Origin: an uncultured Gammaproteobacteria bacterium
Lineage (GTDB): Bacteria; Pseudomonadota; Gammaproteobacteria; Eutrophobiales; Eutrophobiaceae
DNA: 64,000 bases
Direction of reading: 5' to 3'
NCBI GenBank assembly: GCA_938084745.1
Contig: CALKEZ010000003.1
Location: 52,388 to 116,387, forward strand
Part shown: positions 42,683 to 52,725 of the stretch, in pieces
Layout: each line of letters opens with the position of its first letter
How positions within the stretch are numbered: the stretch's first letter is position 1
The notes under the pieces: generated by a model
Databases searched by the model: none
Told to the model about the DNA's origin: nothing
What the model saw: only the letters and a program-made list of their open reading frames with translations
Position numbers and translations under genes: made by a program

Positions 42683-43006
42683 TTAACGTTCCAGGTAGGC
42701 GATTTTACCCGTCTTGTCTTTCCATTCGTCGGCATCTGCAGGCGCGGGTTTCATCTCATTAATAACCGGCCAATCCTTTGATAATTCAGCATTTAATTCA
42801 ATAAAGCTTTGCATTTCTTCTGGCACATCCTCATCTGCCATAATCGCTTCAACGGGACATTCTGGCTCACAAAGTGTGCAATCGATGCATTCATCCGGAT
42901 CAATGACCAGCATATTCGGTCCTTCATGGAAACAGTCAACTGGACAGACTTCTACGCAGTCGGTGTATTTACATTTAATGCAGCTTTCGATAACGACAAA
43001 TGGCAT
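42683..43006 (-). CDS. fdxA: 7Fe ferredoxin (3Fe-4S + 4Fe-4S, Azotobacter FdxA type)
   Basis: 107 aa. It has [18 protein letters not shown] and [12 protein letters not shown]. Confidence 0.93.
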   Translation of the reverse strand: MPFVVIESCIKCKYTDCVEVCPVDCFHEGPNMLVIDPDECIDCTLCEPECPVEAIMADEDVPEEMQSFIELNAELSKDWPVINEMKPAPADADEWKDKTGKIAYLER

Positions 43007-43100
43007 CAGAATTTACCTATAGTTTTAAATGTTAAAAAAGAATCGGATCATACTCGTTCCCGGGGAAGCATAAAAGCCATTCAATTGATTAAATAGGTAT

Positions 43101-44030
43101 TTAATTATTACTTTTTATTATTTCGGATATTTCATCAGCGAGTGCTTTACCTTTTTTAAGCTCCGAGACGGAAATTCCCGACTCTCCAAGCCTGGAGAGT
43201 ATTTTGATTTGCAATTGCTCAGCTGAACCAGCGGTAAAGTAAATTAGCCAGGATTTCATGTCCCGGCTGTCATTCTCTATTTTACTGATTTCTGATATCT
43301 CTTGTAATAACAGAGGCAAAGGGACATCGCTGGGTTTGTCCAGTTTCAGGCTGAAACATTGGCTGTTTCGTTTTAATTCAGACAAACTGGTATGCACGAT
43401 TAATTTGCCTTTGTTCAATATAGTGATATCACTGCATATATCTTCAATCTCGGATAAATTATGCGAGCTGATAATGATGCTATATTGACCGCCGAGTTCG
43501 CGTAACAAATGCCGGACTTCTGTTGCAGCAACCGGGTCCAGACCGGAGGTCGGTTCATCCATTAAGATTAATTCAGGTTCTCCAATCAGTGACTGTGCCA
43601 GCATAATACGTTTACGTTGGCCAAAGCTTAAGGTCTCTGGAAATTGTTTTGCGAAGCCGCTGGCTTGTACCAGTGAGAGTACACGTTCCACTTCTTTTTT
43701 AGCAGTATGTCGATCAAAGTTTTGCAGTCTTGCGTAATGTTTCAATTGTGTCACTACGTCTATACCTTTAAACATGGCGGTGTCTTGAGGTAATAACGAG
43801 AGCTTGCCTTTGGTGGTACTTGAATCCGGTGCATATCCCAGAACACTGACTTTGCCTGAACTGGGTCTGATAAACCCGCATAAGATAGCAAACAGGGTTG
43901 ATTTGCCAGCACCATTCGGACCCACAATGCCCGTCGGCTGAGTAACATTCAACTCAAGGTTAAGTCCGTCTAGCGCTTTAATGCCATTAAAACGTTTTGT
44001 TAACGAGTCGCATTTTATCTGGTGAATCAT
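43101..44030 (-). CDS. ABC transporter ATP-binding protein (ABC-2 type exporter)
   Basis: 309 aa. It has Walker A (GPNGAGKST), the signature LSFGQRKR and Walker B (LILMDEP), plus a C-terminal accessory domain. Confidence 0.88.
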   Translation of the reverse strand: MIHQIKCDSLTKRFNGIKALDGLNLELNVTQPTGIVGPNGAGKSTLFAILCGFIRPSSGKVSVLGYAPDSSTTKGKLSLLPQDTAMFKGIDVVTQLKHYARLQNFDRHTAKKEVERVLSLVQASGFAKQFPETLSFGQRKRIMLAQSLIGEPELILMDEPTSGLDPVAATEVRHLLRELGGQYSIIISSHNLSEIEDICSDITILNKGKLIVHTSLSELKRNSQCFSLKLDKPSDVPLPLLLQEISEISKIENDSRDMKSWLIYFTAGSAEQLQIKILSRLGESGISVSELKKGKALADEISEIIKSNN

Positions 44031-44840
44031 TTATACATCCCGTCGCTTAAAAATGTGCCACCCACATAAAAAATAAAACAACGTGTAAGCAAGAAGTGCA
44101 CTGATGGCAACCAGAATGTTCTCGGTATTAACATCGAATAAAATAGATTTGAGTCCGCTTGGGACCAGGTAAATAGCGTAATCAATATCTGATTTAAACC
44201 AAAAACTAACAAGGACCAGTACGATATAGATCATCATGCCTAAAAACAGGGAGCCAAATGCAGAACGGGCAAAGGCTGAAACCATCGACATGAAAGCGAT
44301 AAATGGCAGGCTATAGACAAATACCAGCACAAAGGTTTGTAAGCCAAATAATGTAATGGCTTCCAGCGTGTCTTCCTTGTGTATGAGTGCCTGTACCGAG
44401 GCCCAGACTGAGGTAATGGAAATACAAATTAACACCAGTAACGACACCGCAATAAATCGGGAAAGATATATCTCCGCGCGTGTGGCACGCATTAATAAAA
44501 AACGAAATGCACCTCTGGTGATATCGCTTGAATATTGATTATTGGCAGCGAGTAAAATAAAAAGCGGGGTTAATGTGACTGATACCAACAGGTAGATGGA
44601 CAGGCTTGCAGAACGATCAACAAACAGGCGCAAGGCGAGTTCTTGATCCTGAGAAATCCAACTGACAAAGATTAGGCCCTGTGTGCTTTGTAACCATTCA
44701 ACAGCTAAAACAATAACGTTGTCGAATATCAAATACCAAAATAAAAAATACGGGATCAAAAACGCCAGGCTTTTTAAACTGTTAAGCGAATAACAGAAAT
44801 TAAACAGCGTCAGCTCTTTTAGGCGATAGAGATTTAACAT
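44031..44840 (-). CDS. ABC-2 family transporter permease
   Basis: 269 aa with about 6 TM segments. Its stop directly abuts the ATPase start (44030/44031). Confidence 0.7.
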   Translation of the reverse strand: MLNLYRLKELTLFNFCYSLNSLKSLAFLIPYFLFWYLIFDNVIVLAVEWLQSTQGLIFVSWISQDQELALRLFVDRSASLSIYLLVSVTLTPLFILLAANNQYSSDITRGAFRFLLMRATRAEIYLSRFIAVSLLVLICISITSVWASVQALIHKEDTLEAITLFGLQTFVLVFVYSLPFIAFMSMVSAFARSAFGSLFLGMMIYIVLVLVSFWFKSDIDYAIYLVPSGLKSILFDVNTENILVAISALLAYTLFYFLCGWHIFKRRDV

Positions 44841-44881
44841 GGACAGCGATAGAAGTAATTATTTATGTGCGAGTGATGCTG

Positions 44882-47437
44882 CTAAGGATCCAGCATCGCC
44901 TTAAGCTCATAGAGCAGTGCGAGTGCCTGTTTTGGATTGGTAGAATCGGGATCAATCAGTTTCATCTTTTCCAATAAGGGATCGACATTGAACAGGTCGG
45001 TCTGTGGTTGCTGTTGATTCGTTATAGGTGTTTGTGATTCGATCTCATGTAAACGATTTTTGGCAGCTGTAATGACAGTTTTCGGTATGCCTGCAAGCGA
45101 AGCCACCTGTATGCCATAACTTTGACTAGCCGGCCCCGGTTTAACGGAATGGAGCAAGACAATGTCATCACCATGCTCAACGACGTCCATATGCACATTC
45201 GCTACATTATCTGCATGCTCAGGTAAGGCTGTCAGTTCAAAATAGTGTGTTGCAAACAGGGTGTAACAGCGTGTGTTTTTAGCGAGATGTGATGCACAGG
45301 CCCAGGCGAGCGCCAGCCCATCGTAAGTACTTGTGCCGCGGCCTATCTCATCCATTAATACCAGACTATTTTGGGTCGCATTATTCAAAATGTTGGCTGT
45401 TTCAGTCATCTCCACCATGAAGGTTGAACGGCCGCTGCCGAGGTCATCTGAGGCACCGATACGGGTGAAGATGCGATCAATTGGGCCAATGACTGCTTTC
45501 GTTGCCGGTACATAACTGCCGATGTGAGCAAGCAGGACAATCAAGGCAGTCTGGCGCATGTAAGTCGATTTACCGCCCATATTCGGGCCGGTAATGATAA
45601 GCATCTGCTGCTTACTATCCAATGTTAAATCGTTGGCGATAAAGGGTGCGGACTGAATTTGTTCAACGACTGGGTGCCTGCCTGATTCTATAATAACCCT
45701 GTTTTCTGTTGTCAGTATCGGGGCAGTAAAATTCAGTGTTACGGCCGTTTCAGCGAAACTGAGATAGATATCAAACTCGGCGAGTGCTGATGCGCACAAT
45801 TGCAGTTCAGGTAAATCGGCAACGATGACATCCAGTAACTGATCATAGAGTTGTTTTTCACGCGCCAAAGATTTTTCTTTTGCACCCAGAATTTTATTCT
45901 CAAAGTCCTTTAATTCCGGTGTGATAAAGCGTTCGGCGGCTTTCAAGGTTTGGCGACGATTGTAATTAGCAGGAACGGTTGCCGAATGGAGGCGACTTAT
46001 TTCTATGTAATAACCATGTACCCGGTTATAGCCAACTTTTAATCCAGCTATGCCGGTGCGTTCTTTTTCCTTTTCTTCAAGGTCAATTAAAAATTGACCC
46101 GCATCATTACTCAGTGCCCTTAAATGGTCTAACTCCGGATCATAACCAGTGGCAATAACGCCTCCGTCTCGAATAATAACCGGCGGTTCATCAATCAATG
46201 CCTTTTCCAGCGTCTCGAGTAACTCGGGAAATAAATTCATGTCACGACACAGGCTGTTAAGTCTTGGGCTATCTATGTTACCGAGCATTTCTTTTATCTG
46301 CGGCAGCAGGGAGAGGCTGTCTCGCAATTGTATCAAGTCACGTGGCCGCGCAGATTTCAATGCAACACGAGTCATGATTCGTTCGATATCACATATACCG
46401 CGCATGGTGTTATGAAAATCACTATGACAACGGTTATATAACAGTTTTTCAACGGCATCATGTCGACATTGCAAGACAGAATGATCACGAAGAGGTTGCT
46501 GCAGCCAGCGCCGCAGTAATCGTCCGCCCATAACTGTCGAGGTTGTGTCGATCACATTCAAGAGTGCATGCGATTTTCCTTCGGCAAGACTGGCTTCAAT
46601 TTCGAGATTGCGACGTGATACGGCGTCAATCTGAATAACATCATCGGCGACATTGATTTTAGGAATTTGTAAATGCGGTAATAACGTTTTTTGGGTATCG
46701 TTGAGATATTGAATCAAACACCCAAGCGCACCGATTGCAGCATTGAAATGTTGGCAGCCGAAGCCGCTCAGATCTTTAATGCCATATTGCTGTTTAATGA
46801 TCGTTTCAGCGGTGCCTGGATTAAAATGCCAGTCGGGACGTCTGGTAATAGTTCTGTTTTGTATGCTTAGCGGGTCAAATTCAAATTGCTCACTGAATAA
46901 AATTTCTGCAGGTTGATATTGCTCGATGATGTCTTCTAGTGAGGCTGATTGGTCTACTTCCAGTAACGTCACCTGACCACTGCTTAATTCAGTACTGGCC
47001 AGACCATAATGTTGTTTGTTTTTACAGACTGACAGTAATATGTTGGCTACGCGTTCATTTAACAGAACCTCTTCGGTAATTGTCCCCGGGGTTATGATGC
47101 GTACTACTTTACGTTCAACAGGGCCTTTGCTGAGTGCGGGATCGCCAACCTGTTCACAGATGACGACGGATTCGCCCAGTTTAATAAGCTTCGCGAGATA
47201 ATTGTCAACAGCATGATAGGGCACACCCGCCATCGGAATCGCCTCACCAGCAGATTTGCCGCGTTTGGTCAGCGTGATATTTAATAAACGTGCGGCTTTT
47301 TTGGCATCGTCAAAGAATAATTCATAGAAGTCGCCCATACGAAAAAACAACAACATACCGGGGTGTTCGGCTTTGAAACCGAGGTATTGCTGCATTACCG
47401 GGGTGTGGGAGGATAACTGCTGTGTGAGTGCAGACAT
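44882..47437 (-). CDS. mutS: DNA mismatch repair protein MutS
   Basis: 851 aa. It starts [15 protein letters not shown] and carries GDFYELF and Walker [10 protein letters not shown]. Confidence 0.97.
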   Translation of the reverse strand: MSALTQQLSSHTPVMQQYLGFKAEHPGMLLFFRMGDFYELFFDDAKKAARLLNITLTKRGKSAGEAIPMAGVPYHAVDNYLAKLIKLGESVVICEQVGDPALSKGPVERKVVRIITPGTITEEVLLNERVANILLSVCKNKQHYGLASTELSSGQVTLLEVDQSASLEDIIEQYQPAEILFSEQFEFDPLSIQNRTITRRPDWHFNPGTAETIIKQQYGIKDLSGFGCQHFNAAIGALGCLIQYLNDTQKTLLPHLQIPKINVADDVIQIDAVSRRNLEIEASLAEGKSHALLNVIDTTSTVMGGRLLRRWLQQPLRDHSVLQCRHDAVEKLLYNRCHSDFHNTMRGICDIERIMTRVALKSARPRDLIQLRDSLSLLPQIKEMLGNIDSPRLNSLCRDMNLFPELLETLEKALIDEPPVIIRDGGVIATGYDPELDHLRALSNDAGQFLIDLEEKEKERTGIAGLKVGYNRVHGYYIEISRLHSATVPANYNRRQTLKAAERFITPELKDFENKILGAKEKSLAREKQLYDQLLDVIVADLPELQLCASALAEFDIYLSFAETAVTLNFTAPILTTENRVIIESGRHPVVEQIQSAPFIANDLTLDSKQQMLIITGPNMGGKSTYMRQTALIVLLAHIGSYVPATKAVIGPIDRIFTRIGASDDLGSGRSTFMVEMTETANILNNATQNSLVLMDEIGRGTSTYDGLALAWACASHLAKNTRCYTLFATHYFELTALPEHADNVANVHMDVVEHGDDIVLLHSVKPGPASQSYGIQVASLAGIPKTVITAAKNRLHEIESQTPITNQQQPQTDLFNVDPLLEKMKLIDPDSTNPKQALALLYELKAMLDP

Positions 47438-47491
47438 GCCTTAATTGTAATAAAGCAAGTAAACCTTGGCTAGGTATGATTTGGCTAACAT

Positions 47492-48388
47492 TCAGCAATC
47501 ATCATTAATTTCACAGAGCACGGAGGGTGATTGCATGCGCATAATTGCCTGTGAATAAAGAGGTATACCAAATCTTCTATCAGTATTTGTCGCATCTCCC
47601 TCAGAAACACATTGGTTTGCAAAGGTTCCTGAGGTTGGAGGACCAAATGCGCCCGTTGTATTTGCAGCTGTATTAGACTGCAAGGACCAGACGATTCTGT
47701 TAATGAAAGGAATAATCATTTCATAACAATACCCAACGTGGATTTTTAACAGGTTTGCATCTTGAACGGATTGGATGGTATCGATAACGTCTGAATCGCG
47801 ATACATCAGATTATCATTTGGAATCATTCTCTCTATGCTGTCATTACCTGAATAGTATGCATCAATGCCAAATTTATCGAATGAGAAAGGAGACGGGTTA
47901 ACGATAGTAAAATTAACAAAACCATTATCTATTTGATTCTGCACTACTCTTCTGGCGCAAAATACCTGGTCTGAACCCCATTTTTTATCCATGTCACCGC
48001 CAGTATTGTCCAGCACGCTTCGAAGGCCACTTTGCATGATTCGATTGTCATCCATTCTATTCTTTCGGGCATTATCACTAACAACAAAACTACTGGAACA
48101 TAGTTTTGTTGGATCGGTTGGGGCACTCTCAAAATAGCTTGTTGTATAAAGCGGAGCCATATTACTGGCAAAAGCTTTTTGCATTGCGGATGAACTCGCA
48201 TGATTTAATGTGCCAGCTCTTACAGTTTGAAATGTAGCGTAATTAAGCGTGATTTTCGCTTTGTAAATTAATGCAAACTGAATTATGCCGAGGATAAGCA
48301 TCAGCATCACCGGGATAATGATAACAAACTCAACCATGGCCTGTGCGGTTTCGTTTTTTTTAGTAATACAATAATTATTTTTTTGCAT
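47492..48388 (-). CDS. TadE/TadF-like pseudopilin-type protein (298 aa)
   Basis: It has the TadE N-terminal motif AQAMVEFVIIIPVMLMLILGIIQF. It is the last gene of the Tad operon. Confidence 0.7.
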   Translation of the reverse strand: MQKNNYCITKKNETAQAMVEFVIIIPVMLMLILGIIQFALIYKAKITLNYATFQTVRAGTLNHASSSAMQKAFASNMAPLYTTSYFESAPTDPTKLCSSSFVVSDNARKNRMDDNRIMQSGLRSVLDNTGGDMDKKWGSDQVFCARRVVQNQIDNGFVNFTIVNPSPFSFDKFGIDAYYSGNDSIERMIPNDNLMYRDSDVIDTIQSVQDANLLKIHVGYCYEMIIPFINRIVWSLQSNTAANTTGAFGPPTSGTFANQCVSEGDATNTDRRFGIPLYSQAIMRMQSPSVLCEINDDC

Positions 48389-48434
48389 TTATCTTGAATC
48401 GTATTATTTGATTTCTATCCTAATATACGCGCAA

Positions 48435-48899
48435 CTAGTATTCACTAACTATCGATTTAATTTGTTCAAGCATTGTAGCGGCCTTGCTATAAAGAGGATC
48501 TTGCTTGTCTGTATAAATCAGCATTTCATTTAGGCTAAACGCAGTTTGCTTTAGTTGTACGATGCCCATGTTGTACCAGGCTTTGGCAAATTGAGGATCG
48601 CGCAATACCGCCTCGCGATATAAGCTTATCGCTGCATAGGGTCTGTTCGTGCGAACGTAAATATTACCGAGTCGGAACCAAGGCTCTGCTTCTTCAGGTA
48701 ATTCCTTGATTAAAATTTCATAGTTTTTTTCACTTGTTACAAGATCATCGCTTTCATAAGCGATATTTGCTTGTTCTTGGATTTTAATCAAATCAAGTTT
48801 AGGTTTGTTTTCCGCATTTTTTGTCTCTGTAGTCGCACAAGCTGCAAGATTTAAAATAAAAATAAAAATCAAGACTTGTTTTATAGAACTATTCAACAT
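48435..48899 (-). CDS. tadD: TPR lipoprotein (TadD-like)
   Basis: 154 aa. It has a lipobox (LNLAAC) and TPR repeats (AEPWFRLGNIY...AKAWYNMGIV). It lies downstream of tadC. Confidence 0.65.
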   Translation of the reverse strand: MLNSSIKQVLIFIFILNLAACATTETKNAENKPKLDLIKIQEQANIAYESDDLVTSEKNYEILIKELPEEAEPWFRLGNIYVRTNRPYAAISLYREAVLRDPQFAKAWYNMGIVQLKQTAFSLNEMLIYTDKQDPLYSKAATMLEQIKSIVSEY

Positions 48900-49245
48900 A
48901 ACGATGCCATTTCAATTGCTGACCTGACGGGATATCTATCTGCGCCAGACTGTCATTAGCAAGTTCAAGTACCCTGTAGGACTTTCTGGAAGCAGCCATT
49001 CGCCAAGGCTTTAATGATTTTATGGTTTTTACTACACGCCAGTCTTTATCTATAAATACGATATCGATAGGATAGCGCATGAAGATCGTGTGTACTGATG
49101 AACAGGGTTCAATTAATAAACCTTCTTTTTGTTTTAAAGGGGGGGAGAACAACAAACCACATAATCGTTCTAGAAAACGGGTAGTGCGTAAAACCTTTTC
49201 AAATAAACAATTATCGTTTATGTCAGTTAGATAGCCATTTATCAT
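48889..49245 (-). CDS. DUF192-domain protein embedded in the Tad operon
   Basis: 118 aa. The DUF192-type core is GLLIEPCSSVHTIFMRYPIDIVFIDKDWRV. There is an ATGA overlap with tadC and an 11-nt overlap with the TPR gene. Confidence 0.65.
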   Translation of the reverse strand: MINGYLTDINDNCLFEKVLRTTRFLERLCGLLFSPPLKQKEGLLIEPCSSVHTIFMRYPIDIVFIDKDWRVVKTIKSLKPWRMAASRKSYRVLELANDSLAQIDIPSGQQLKWHRYVE

Positions 49246-50123
49246 AATGCTCCGGAACTGATAAATTTCATCGCGATAGGAAATAATAAAACAATAAAAG
49301 TGATAGGGAATATAAACATAACAAGCGGGAAAACCAATTTTACTGGTGCTTCCATCGCTTGTTTTTCTGCGCGTTGAAAACGTTCGGCGCGACGCTGTTC
49401 GGATTGAACCCTTAAGACGTTAGCTAATGAAGCCCCCATTTTTTCGGCTTGCACAATAGAACTTACAAATGATGTTATTTCCTGGATATCAAGGCGTTCT
49501 GCCATCCTTCGTAGTGATTCGGCGCGTGATAAACCAGCACGTAGATCACGTAATACAATTGCAAATTCATTACGCAACGGACCCGGTGTAGCTTTCTCCA
49601 TAGCTTGACCTAGCGCTCCCTGGAGATTTAGCCCTCCTTCCACGCACATGGTAAGAAAATCCAGATAGACAGGCAGCGTGCGTATAACTGCGTTGTCACG
49701 TTTTTTTCTAACATCTGATAGCCATATATTAGGCAACATAAAACCGAGCAGGGGCATTAATACCAGCCAAAATATCGGATAGCTATCTAGGCAGAACATG
49801 ATGAATAATGCAAAAAGTGGAGCTAGCATCGCGGAAATAATTCGGAGTGCAATAAATTGTTCAGCAGTAAGTAGATAGCTTACGCCAGAATGTGTAATTT
49901 TCTTTTCAGTGCTTTCCAGTATCTCGTAAGGGAGAAAAATGACGAAGAAGTTCGCGATAATCTGAATGAAGGGCCACATTAACTTTAATTTCCAGGATAA
50001 GGGATCCATGTAAGTGCGGTCTTCCTTATCAATCATGCCGTAGACAATAGCAATAAATAAAACGAACAATGCTGTTGCCGCAAAATAAGCCAGTATGCTT
50101 CCGTTATAATAAATATTATCCAT
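49242..50123 (-). CDS. tadC: Tad pilus platform protein TadC (T2SS F family)
   Basis: 293 aa. It has a T2SSF domain (LPVYLDFLTMCVEGGLNLQGAL) with flanking TM segments. Confidence 0.85.
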   Translation of the reverse strand: MDNIYYNGSILAYFAATALFVLFIAIVYGMIDKEDRTYMDPLSWKLKLMWPFIQIIANFFVIFLPYEILESTEKKITHSGVSYLLTAEQFIALRIISAMLAPLFALFIMFCLDSYPIFWLVLMPLLGFMLPNIWLSDVRKKRDNAVIRTLPVYLDFLTMCVEGGLNLQGALGQAMEKATPGPLRNEFAIVLRDLRAGLSRAESLRRMAERLDIQEITSFVSSIVQAEKMGASLANVLRVQSEQRRAERFQRAEKQAMEAPVKLVFPLVMFIFPITFIVLLFPIAMKFISSGAL

Positions 50124-50134
50124 TTGTTTACTCT

Positions 50135-51013
50135 TTAAACGTCAATATTGGTTATTTTGCTTATCATTAGATAGGCTAGCCCTTCCATAATGATAATTAA
50201 TGTGAGGACAATCCAGCCCAATGTGGTGGTCCACAGTTTGCTCATCGCTTCAGGTTCTATAAAGTTAAGTACGACACCAATAAAGATGGGTAAAGCACTC
50301 ATGACAATGCCTTGCAATCTACCCTGTGCTGTCAAGCCGTCAATCTTACCTTCCATCATGGCTTTTTTTCGCAGCGTATCAGCCAGGGTTTCCATGGTTT
50401 CAGCAAGATTGCCGCCCACTTCCTTATTAATTAACAAAGCAGTCACCAACATATTAAAATCCTGCAGAGGGACTCTTTCAGCCATGCTCTTCAAGGATAG
50501 CTCAAAGTCAACACCAAGCCGTTGTTCCTTTAAAAATAATTCGAATTCCTGAGAAAGAGGGGCCGGTTGTTCTTTTACCAGACTTTCTAAAGCAATACTC
50601 AAGCTGGCTCCTGCGCGCATTGCACCTGATATCATTGCAAGGCCATCTGGCAATTGTTCTTCAAAGCGTTTTAAGCGTTTTTTACGCATAGTACGATAGA
50701 CAAACGGTGGCAATAGGACGATAACGGCCAGCACGGTTATTGTTGTCGCTAAATCCCCGGTGATAAACCAGGTCACTATCGGTAATGCAACGATAGCGAT
50801 GAGATTAATCATAAACAATTGGCCTGCATCTATAGACATGAACATGTCCGACATGTTTGCTGAAGCCGTTGTCGTAAATGTTTTTTTATAATCTTCCATT
50901 GCGACTTGTATTTTTTTTGCTAACACAAACCAAAGCAGACTGACGGTTAAAAAAACACAAGCCAAGCTTAGATAGAAACTCGCTGTGGCAGATAGGTTTA
51001 GCAGAAAGTTCAC
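50135..51013 (-). CDS. tadB: Tad pilus platform protein TadB (T2SS F family)
   Basis: GTG start, 292 aa. It has a T2SSF domain (LPDGLAMISGAMRAGASLSIAL). Confidence 0.85.
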   Translation of the reverse strand: MNFLLNLSATASFYLSLACVFLTVSLLWFVLAKKIQVAMEDYKKTFTTTASANMSDMFMSIDAGQLFMINLIAIVALPIVTWFITGDLATTITVLAVIVLLPPFVYRTMRKKRLKRFEEQLPDGLAMISGAMRAGASLSIALESLVKEQPAPLSQEFELFLKEQRLGVDFELSLKSMAERVPLQDFNMLVTALLINKEVGGNLAETMETLADTLRKKAMMEGKIDGLTAQGRLQGIVMSALPIFIGVVLNFIEPEAMSKLWTTTLGWIVLTLIIIMEGLAYLMISKITNIDV

Positions 51014-51022
51014 AATAACGAG

Positions 51023-52711
51023 TTACGAAAAAATAGACATATCGACAGGTAGACCACGTTGCCGCATTTCTTCATAGAAGTGTGGTATTGCGCCAGTCGC
51101 CTCAAAATGACCTTTGACTTTGCCATTTTCATCAAAGCCTTCTTGTTGATAACGAAAGATATCCTGCATAGAGACAATACCCGACTCAACGCCAGTAACC
51201 TCAGTAATATTAGTGAGTCGACGGCTACCATCGGAGTAGCGTGATATCTGCACAATTAAATGAATTGCTGATGCAACCATCTCCCTGATGGCCGATACCG
51301 GCAGATCTAAGCCAGACATCATGACCATGACTTCCAGTCTGGCGATCATGTCTCTCGGTGTATTTGCATGAGCAGTTGTTAACGAACCATCATGACCTGT
51401 GTTCATGGCTTGTAACATATCCAATGTTTCTCCACCACGGCACTCGCCCACAACAATCCTATCCGGACGCATACGCAAACAGTTTTTAACCAGATCACGA
51501 ATAGGAATGGCGCCTTTGCCTTCAAGGTTAGCCGGTCGAGCTTCGAGACTAACCAAATGGGGCTGATTCAATTTTAGTTCTGCCGCATCTTCTACAGTAA
51601 TAATACGCTCAGAGGGTGGTATAAAATTAGACAAGACATTGAGTAATGTCGTCTTACCACTACCTGTACCACCTGAGATAAGTATGTTCATGTGATTATT
51701 TACAGCGGTCTCTAAAAACTTCACCATGCCTTCATTCAAAGCACCAAAGTTGACTAAGTCTTTGGCCTGTAACTTTTGCTTGGCGAATTTTCGAATAGTG
51801 AGGCATGGGCCACGTAATGCCAAGGGTGGAATAATAGCGTTAACACGTGAACCATCTTTTAACCGAGCATCGACTAGCGGTGAGCTTTCATCTATACGTC
51901 TACCCAGTGGTGACACGATACGTTCTATAGCGGTCATCACCGCATTGTCACTTGAAAAGGTGATATCAGAGAGCGTTAATTTACCGGATTGCTCGATAAA
52001 GATTTCATCAAACTTATTGACCATTATTTCAGTAACGGTTTCATCAGCAAGTAATTTCTCTAATGGGCCAAGTCCCACTGCTTCATTTAAAACATCTTTA
52101 GCCAGCAGCTCTTTATCAACATCGGCTGGTAGTTTAGGCCCCATTTCAGTGATAATTTCGTTTACCAATCCTTCGACATGCTTGCGTAGCTTATCCTCGT
52201 CCATGCTACTGATGTCTGTCCGACGCAGATCCATAGCCGCCAGCAATTCTTCATGGACACGGTTTCGCCATTTAAACTTTTCATTGTGCTGAAGGTTTAT
52301 TAGCGTTTTGCTAGTTTCTTCTGACTCTTCCAATACGGCATGATGCTGAACGCCGAACACAGTTTTCATGTCATCAAATGCATCGTCATCGTCTTCATCG
52401 ATATCATCACTAGCATCACCACTCATCCCTGCCTTGATATGATAGCCTGCTATGATGATGACATCGGATGAACGAATAGGCCCGTGATGATTTACATCAT
52501 TACCGTTGACTTCAATGCTGGATTTGCCGGTTTTATCTTCTATAAATAGTCCTTCTGATGTGCGCGAAATTTCAGCATGATGATTAGCGACTTTCCAGCC
52601 ACGTAATTGAATAAAATTATCTCTTGCCTTGCCAATACTGCACTCACTGACTGGACAGTGAAAGTTTTGTATCCTTTCACCTTTGCTATTGTTAACTATA
52701 ACGTCAAACAT
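51023..52711 (-). CDS. cpaF: CpaF/TadA secretion ATPase with N-terminal FHA-like domain and acidic linker
   Basis: 562 aa. The C-terminal 400 aa is CpaF-type, with Walker [10 protein letters not shown] and the segments VEDAAEL and GECRGGE. The N-terminal about 95 aa has an FHA-like pattern ([11 protein letters not shown]...ANHHAEI...IEVNG...IIAGYHI). Confidence 0.9.
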   Translation of the reverse strand: MFDVIVNNSKGERIQNFHCPVSECSIGKARDNFIQLRGWKVANHHAEISRTSEGLFIEDKTGKSSIEVNGNDVNHHGPIRSSDVIIIAGYHIKAGMSGDASDDIDEDDDDAFDDMKTVFGVQHHAVLEESEETSKTLINLQHNEKFKWRNRVHEELLAAMDLRRTDISSMDEDKLRKHVEGLVNEIITEMGPKLPADVDKELLAKDVLNEAVGLGPLEKLLADETVTEIMVNKFDEIFIEQSGKLTLSDITFSSDNAVMTAIERIVSPLGRRIDESSPLVDARLKDGSRVNAIIPPLALRGPCLTIRKFAKQKLQAKDLVNFGALNEGMVKFLETAVNNHMNILISGGTGSGKTTLLNVLSNFIPPSERIITVEDAAELKLNQPHLVSLEARPANLEGKGAIPIRDLVKNCLRMRPDRIVVGECRGGETLDMLQAMNTGHDGSLTTAHANTPRDMIARLEVMVMMSGLDLPVSAIREMVASAIHLIVQISRYSDGSRRLTNITEVTGVESGIVSMQDIFRYQQEGFDENGKVKGHFEATGAIPHFYEEMRQRGLPVDMSIFS

Positions 52712-52725
52712 ACATAATTCCTGAT

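Noticed and set aside
43101..44840. An ABC-2 exporter pair sitting between fdxA and mutS, which are direct neighbours in Pseudomonas. I considered it as an inserted accessory cassette.
   Set aside because: It has no flanking repeats or mobility genes, and I can see no compositional shift. It looks like an ordinary two-gene exporter of unknown substrate and is not distinctive enough to flag.
51010..51255. An 81-aa minus-strand ORF overlapping the 3' end of cpaF and the start of tadB.
   Set aside because: It is out of frame with cpaF across a well-conserved C-terminal region. I recognise nothing in it and see no reason to prefer it.
51726..52292. A 188-aa plus-strand ORF inside cpaF. Similar ORFs lie at 37717-38231 inside the FHA gene and at 18873-19298 inside sucA.
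   Set aside because: All are antisense to strongly supported genes, are low-complexity (Ser/Ala-rich), and lack ribosome-binding context.
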